In this document: one piece after another, positions 60,771-64,000 of the stretch | Numbering within the stretch: position 1 is the stretch's first letter | Layout: the number at the start of each line of letters is the position of its first letter | Virus record (IMG/VR): IMGVR_UViG_3300042402_002841 | Span: 68,393 to 132,392 of that record | DNA from: a virus | Strand: one strand, 5' to 3' | DNA length: 64,000 nucleotides | Translations under genes and position numbers: made by a program | The notes under the pieces: model-generated | The model's input: the letters and a program-made list of their open reading frames with translations, nothing else | What the model was told of the DNA's origin: nothing | Databases searched by the model: none

Positions 60771-61155
60771 TTATTTCTCCCTTTTTGATTTTGGCGGCCG
60801 AAACATCACTCAGCGTTTCCATTACTTTTTCCCACTCTGTTTCCAGATTTTCTTTTTCATTTGAATTTGTTACATCTTCTAAAAGTTTTCTAATGACACT
60901 TTGTGGCCAGGCGGCAATCAAAACATTTTCTTGAGAAGTTTTAAAAATGACTGGGAAACCTTCGTCGCCGAAGGCCCCATCTGGATAATGCATCGCCTTG
61001 ATTATGATGCCATCGCCATTTGAGATAAAAAGAAAATTTTCTTGCTCTTCCGCCAGAGTCTTCTGGACCACATCTTCAACTGTTTTTTTATTTTCATAGG
61101 GGAGCCTGATGCGGCGTATAAATTCCCCCCAGTTATTGCTCTTATCCTTACTCAT
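60757..61155 (-). CDS. Hypothetical protein
   Basis: ATG at 61155 after GAAAGGA, which is part of the 23-bp repeat. Confidence 0.6.
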   Translation of the reverse strand: MSKDKSNNWGEFIRRIRLPYENKKTVEDVVQKTLAEEQENFLFISNGDGIIIKAMHYPDGAFGDEGFPVIFKTSQENVLIAAWPQSVIRKLLEDVTNSNEKENLETEWEKVMETLSDVSAAKIKKGEINEYF

Positions 61156-61254
61156 AGGATTCCTTTCCACCACCGTAAGTGCTAATAATAGTAAAGCCGC
61201 CACATGGTGTCAACCATTCGCGCACGATTCAATAGGATGTTATATAGTGACGCC

Positions 61255-61626
61255 ATGGATAACAACACCAGATTCAAACTTTATATCAGAGCATTGAACC
61301 AGTTCGCCGAGCGTTCTGGTCACACCCGCACCCCCGCAGTTCATGTTGAGATTGTGGACGGTCGTGAGATTAATCTCGGGGCTTGGGTTGGCTACATGCG
61401 TCAGCGGTACAAGAAGAGTCAACTTTCTTCCGAAAAAACCGAAGCGCTGCAGCAATTGCCAGGTTGGACTTGGGGTCCACTTAAGCCAGGACCTGCAACT
61501 AACAACGATAGAAATTCTCAAATTATTCAGATGCGCAGCGATGGCCTTACGCTTCGTGAAATTGCAGATTCTTACGACCTTAGCCGCCAGCGCGTGCATC
61601 AGATTGTGAAGAAGACGAATGTCTGA
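61255..61626 (+). CDS. Helicase-associated (HA) domain plus sigma70-region-4-like HTH protein
   Basis: GHTRTP..H...LGAWV..MR...L..LPGWTW; GLTLREIADSYDLSRQRVHQI. Confidence 0.75.
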   Translation: MDNNTRFKLYIRALNQFAERSGHTRTPAVHVEIVDGREINLGAWVGYMRQRYKKSQLSSEKTEALQQLPGWTWGPLKPGPATNNDRNSQIIQMRSDGLTLREIADSYDLSRQRVHQIVKKTNV

Positions 61627-61876
61627 ACCTTTTAATGGTTGGCCAGAGCCAGAATTAAATCCAGAAGAGCAGCGGGCATACATGATTGATGCTGTGAAAA
61701 CGGGAATTAGATTTTTTATCTTCACAACAATCTCCTATGCCTTTCTCTTGTGGGTTGTAACAATCTTGCTTGCTGACTCGGCCATCATTGGGGGCTCTAT
61801 CAGTTGGTTCAATTCTTGCATCATTGCATTTATTGGAACTTTTGTACGGGTTTGGGACCGTACATTTTTTAAATAA
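61619..61876 (+). CDS. Small membrane protein
   Basis: Two hydrophobic segments. Confidence 0.6.
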   Translation: MSEPFNGWPEPELNPEEQRAYMIDAVKTGIRFFIFTTISYAFLLWVVTILLADSAIIGGSISWFNSCIIAFIGTFVRVWDRTFFK

Positions 61877-61941
61877 TTTAGATTTTCGCTGCGGCCGTCG
61901 TAAATCTGGAACCAGAAGCGCTGCCGTAAAAGCAAAAAAAT

Positions 61942-62139
61942 CTATTTATTTACGGGCCACTGGGACAGGGCCACGCATCCGCCTTCGTAAAAATCTTGAA
62001 TTGCCTCGTGCTCGCCGCACTCTGAGCAAATTTCAGTTTTATTGTCGGTACGGGAGATTGCTCCAGGGTAAGCGCCTGGTTTCTCATTGCATGGAATGAA
62101 GTTGTCATTACAGCGTGGACAGATGTGAGGGACTTTCAT
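61942..62139 (-). CDS. Small Zn-ribbon protein
   Basis: CPRC...YPGAISRTDNKTEICSECG; AAGGAG RBS. Confidence 0.7.
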   Translation of the reverse strand: MKVPHICPRCNDNFIPCNEKPGAYPGAISRTDNKTEICSECGEHEAIQDFYEGGCVALSQWPVNK

Positions 62140-62213
62140 GTCTTCTCCTTAGTAGTAATCATTGTCGGATGGTATTGTACAGATTTATCGGAGGCTTTCC
62201 ACCACCGTCAGTA

Positions 62214-62375
62214 CTAAAGGTTGATAATCCCTTTGTCAACTGCGCATTGTAGACAGCACGCAATAATAACTTGCCTGCCATCTGGATGCGTCTCTGGTTG
62301 CCAGATGGGCTCGTCATCTACGAACTCGTTACACCAGTGGCAGTAGCCCCGCCGCACACCCCAGACCTCAGACAT
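62214..62375 (-). CDS. Small Cys-rich protein (53 aa, below the ORF-track cut-off)
   Basis: MSEVWGVRRGYCHWC...ACCLQCA; overlaps the upstream stop. Confidence 0.5.
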   Translation of the reverse strand: MSEVWGVRRGYCHWCNEFVDDEPIWQPETHPDGRQVIIACCLQCAVDKGIINL

Positions 62376-62610
62376 TATCGTTAGGAACTGAGTGTTCTAT
62401 CACTGCTTCCGCAATCCACTCGTCAATATCTGAACCTGCGTTGCCCCATTCGTTGAAATCTTTTACCACTTTGAGCCACCCCTCATCTGTGAGTTTTATC
62501 TCGTAGTCTTCGGGGAAGTCAAAACTATTTTTTTCCCACCAAAGTACGAGAATCTCTTCATCAGGATTATTGTTTTCTTGTAGGACTTTTATAAGTTCTG
62601 AGACTTTCAT
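62368..62610 (-). CDS. Hypothetical protein
   Basis: MKVSELIKVL...; TAATG coupling. Confidence 0.6.
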   Translation of the reverse strand: MKVSELIKVLQENNNPDEEILVLWWEKNSFDFPEDYEIKLTDEGWLKVVKDFNEWGNAGSDIDEWIAEAVIEHSVPNDNV

Positions 62611-62867
62611 TAGTATTCCTTCTTTCCATGCTTTTCTTCGTTGTAACAATCTTCGTGGTAGTTGCCGTAGTGGTACTTTCCATCTTTCTCGTAGTCCACC
62701 CTAACTTCGCAGTCAAGGTAGATGTTCTCGTGGCACTCATCGCACTCGTAGCCAGCACAGTCGGCACAAGCCCACCCGTCATCAGCAGGGATTCGGTTCA
62801 CGAACTTGCCGTCACCCATCGCAGTGGACTCGCCACAGTAGATACATGGTTCTAATAAAGTTGTCAT
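62610..62867 (-). CDS. Small Cys-rich protein
   Basis: CIYCG...FVNRIPADD..CADC..CDEC. Confidence 0.6.
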   Translation of the reverse strand: MTTLLEPCIYCGESTAMGDGKFVNRIPADDGWACADCAGYECDECHENIYLDCEVRVDYEKDGKYHYGNYHEDCYNEEKHGKKEY

Positions 62868-62869
62868 AA

Positions 62870-63499
62870 CTACACCTTATCGGTAATAGGTGACAATGGA
62901 AACTTCGTCATGAATTCTTCCCAAATTTTATCGGACTGTTCGTTCTTCCATTCTTCGTACTTAGTGACAGAACTATCGTCATCCCAATCAACTTCTTCAC
63001 CGTATTCACAGGGGGCGTAAGTACCTTCGTAGATTGTCATGCCACCTTTCATGACTTCCATGCCAGCAAAAAATCCTGCTTCTTCGTCATAATCAAATGT
63101 GAACATAAGACTAGGGAACATGGCAGAAACTTTACGGAACCCTTCAGAAGCAGAACCCCATGCTGTTTGGAATGTAATAGAGACTTCGTGCGCCCCGTTA
63201 TTCATTTCAGACATTGGCTCAAGATGAGTGTCGCAATCGCCCCACTTGGTTCCCCATTCTTCGTACTGCCAGTCGTACCAGTCCTTATGACCGTACTTAG
63301 CAATATTGTCCTCGTTCTTTTTGCGGATTTCTTCTGCCTTTGCTTCATCACCAAAGAAACCTGAAACAGTTTCACGCAGTTCGGTGGGGCAGGGAACATA
63401 GGATTCCAAGATTCCTTTGTCAGTGATTCCACTAATGAATCGTTGTAGTTCTTCTTTTGAGCCAGTGACGCTCGCTGTGGTTGATACCCAGTTAGGCAT
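62870..63499 (-). CDS. DUF1281/YubB-like ferredoxin-fold protein
   Basis: MPNW...WYDW...WGTKW...FQTAW. Confidence 0.72.
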   Translation of the reverse strand: MPNWVSTTASVTGSKEELQRFISGITDKGILESYVPCPTELRETVSGFFGDEAKAEEIRKKNEDNIAKYGHKDWYDWQYEEWGTKWGDCDTHLEPMSEMNNGAHEVSITFQTAWGSASEGFRKVSAMFPSLMFTFDYDEEAGFFAGMEVMKGGMTIYEGTYAPCEYGEEVDWDDDSSVTKYEEWKNEQSDKIWEEFMTKFPLSPITDKV

Positions 63500-63554
63500 A
63501 ACACTCCTTTAGTAGTAGATGACTCCATGTTATAGGTAGTAGGTACAAGTACCA

Positions 63555-63596
63555 ACCTGCCCACCAAGGAAAGGAGTCAAACCTTAGTGAGCAGGT
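63555..63596 (-). terminator. 15-bp hairpin (terminator-like) with an anti-SD loop
   Basis: Minus-strand ACCUGCUCACUAAGG / CCUUGGUGGGCAGGU with two G-U pairs, 6 nt after the upstream stop. Confidence 0.6.
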
Positions 63597-63602
63597 GGCG
63601 AC

Positions 63603-64000
63603 CTAACGGACTTGTGTCTCGGCGAGTTTCACGCCGTTACGATTCTCCCAAGAATGTTGAAGCATGTATGGGAACTTACGGATGACAGGTTGTCCAGTAT
63701 CTAGTCGGTGCAGAATCTCTACAGCCTCAGAGACAGTACCAGCAGTAATGACACGCTTCTCAATACAGAATTGAGTGCATTGGTTCGCAAGGACCTCAGA
63801 GAATCCCTGATTCGGACCACAGACTCCACCGTCAGTCACCCAAATAACTGGAGCAGAAGAGTGTTGTCGGTGTTTCACTGCCCATTCAAGAGCAGGGAAG
63901 TCCACGCCGTTGCCTTGACCCATTCGGGGAATCTCGTCTACCATGCGACCCTTGTCGGCAAGAATCCAAGCGTTTGTGTACTCGCAGTCGGAATCCATTT
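63603..64000 (-). CDS. VWA-like domain protein, C-terminal part (partial)
   Basis: GNGVDFPALEWA...PVIWVTDG; the true start probably lies beyond the right edge. Confidence 0.6.
   Translation of the reverse strand, partial: MDSDCEYTNAWILADKGRMVDEIPRMGQGNGVDFPALEWAVKHRQHSSAPVIWVTDGGVCGPNQGFSEVLANQCTQFCIEKRVITAGTVSEAVEILHRLDTGQPVIRKFPYMLQHSWENRNGVKLAETQVR

Larger units (their letters stand above)
59859..62217 (-). repeat. Dispersed, co-oriented 23-bp repeat CTTTCCACCACCGTMAGTRSTAA (+ strand)
   Basis: Full copies at 60268-60290, 61163-61185 and 62195-62217; 13-bp core at 59859-59871. Confidence 0.85.

Noticed and set aside
59859-62217. 23-bp repeats as a CRISPR array
   Set aside because: Spacing is 0.4-1 kb and irregular, with genes in between.

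Overview
The window is a 64-kb segment of a large, tailed dsDNA phage with a contractile tail. WhiB, many leaderless genes and a sortase-type surface protein point to an actinobacterial host; a freshwater Acidimicrobiia/acI-like host is an inference. Left to right it holds: (1) a leftward head operon with an HK97-type portal and a giant (>1719 aa, running off the left edge and missed by the ORF track) HK97-type prohead protease fusion; (2) a divergent terminase followed by recombination genes (Rad52-like, Cas4-like, HNH, RuvC) and a ParB / PAPS-reductase / ParB cassette; (3) neck, sheath, tube, a frameshifted tail chaperone, tape measure and baseplate; (4) fibres, including a collagen-like fibre and a Gly/His-rich adhesin, followed by a modification-enzyme cluster (2OG-Fe(II) oxygenase, Trp-halogenase-like enzyme, GT4); (5) host-surface proteins and lysis genes; (6) regulators, a phosphoesterase, an HslV-like protease, WhiB, a replication module and small early genes. 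The strongest leads are seven in-frame GLAS motifs that divide the protease fusion into modules (three more occur in the tape measure), the fibre-modification cluster, the ParB/PAPS DNA-modification candidate, a 23-bp oriented repeat and anti-Shine-Dalgarno RNA elements near the putative origin. All family calls come from motif recognition by eye, with no database search.
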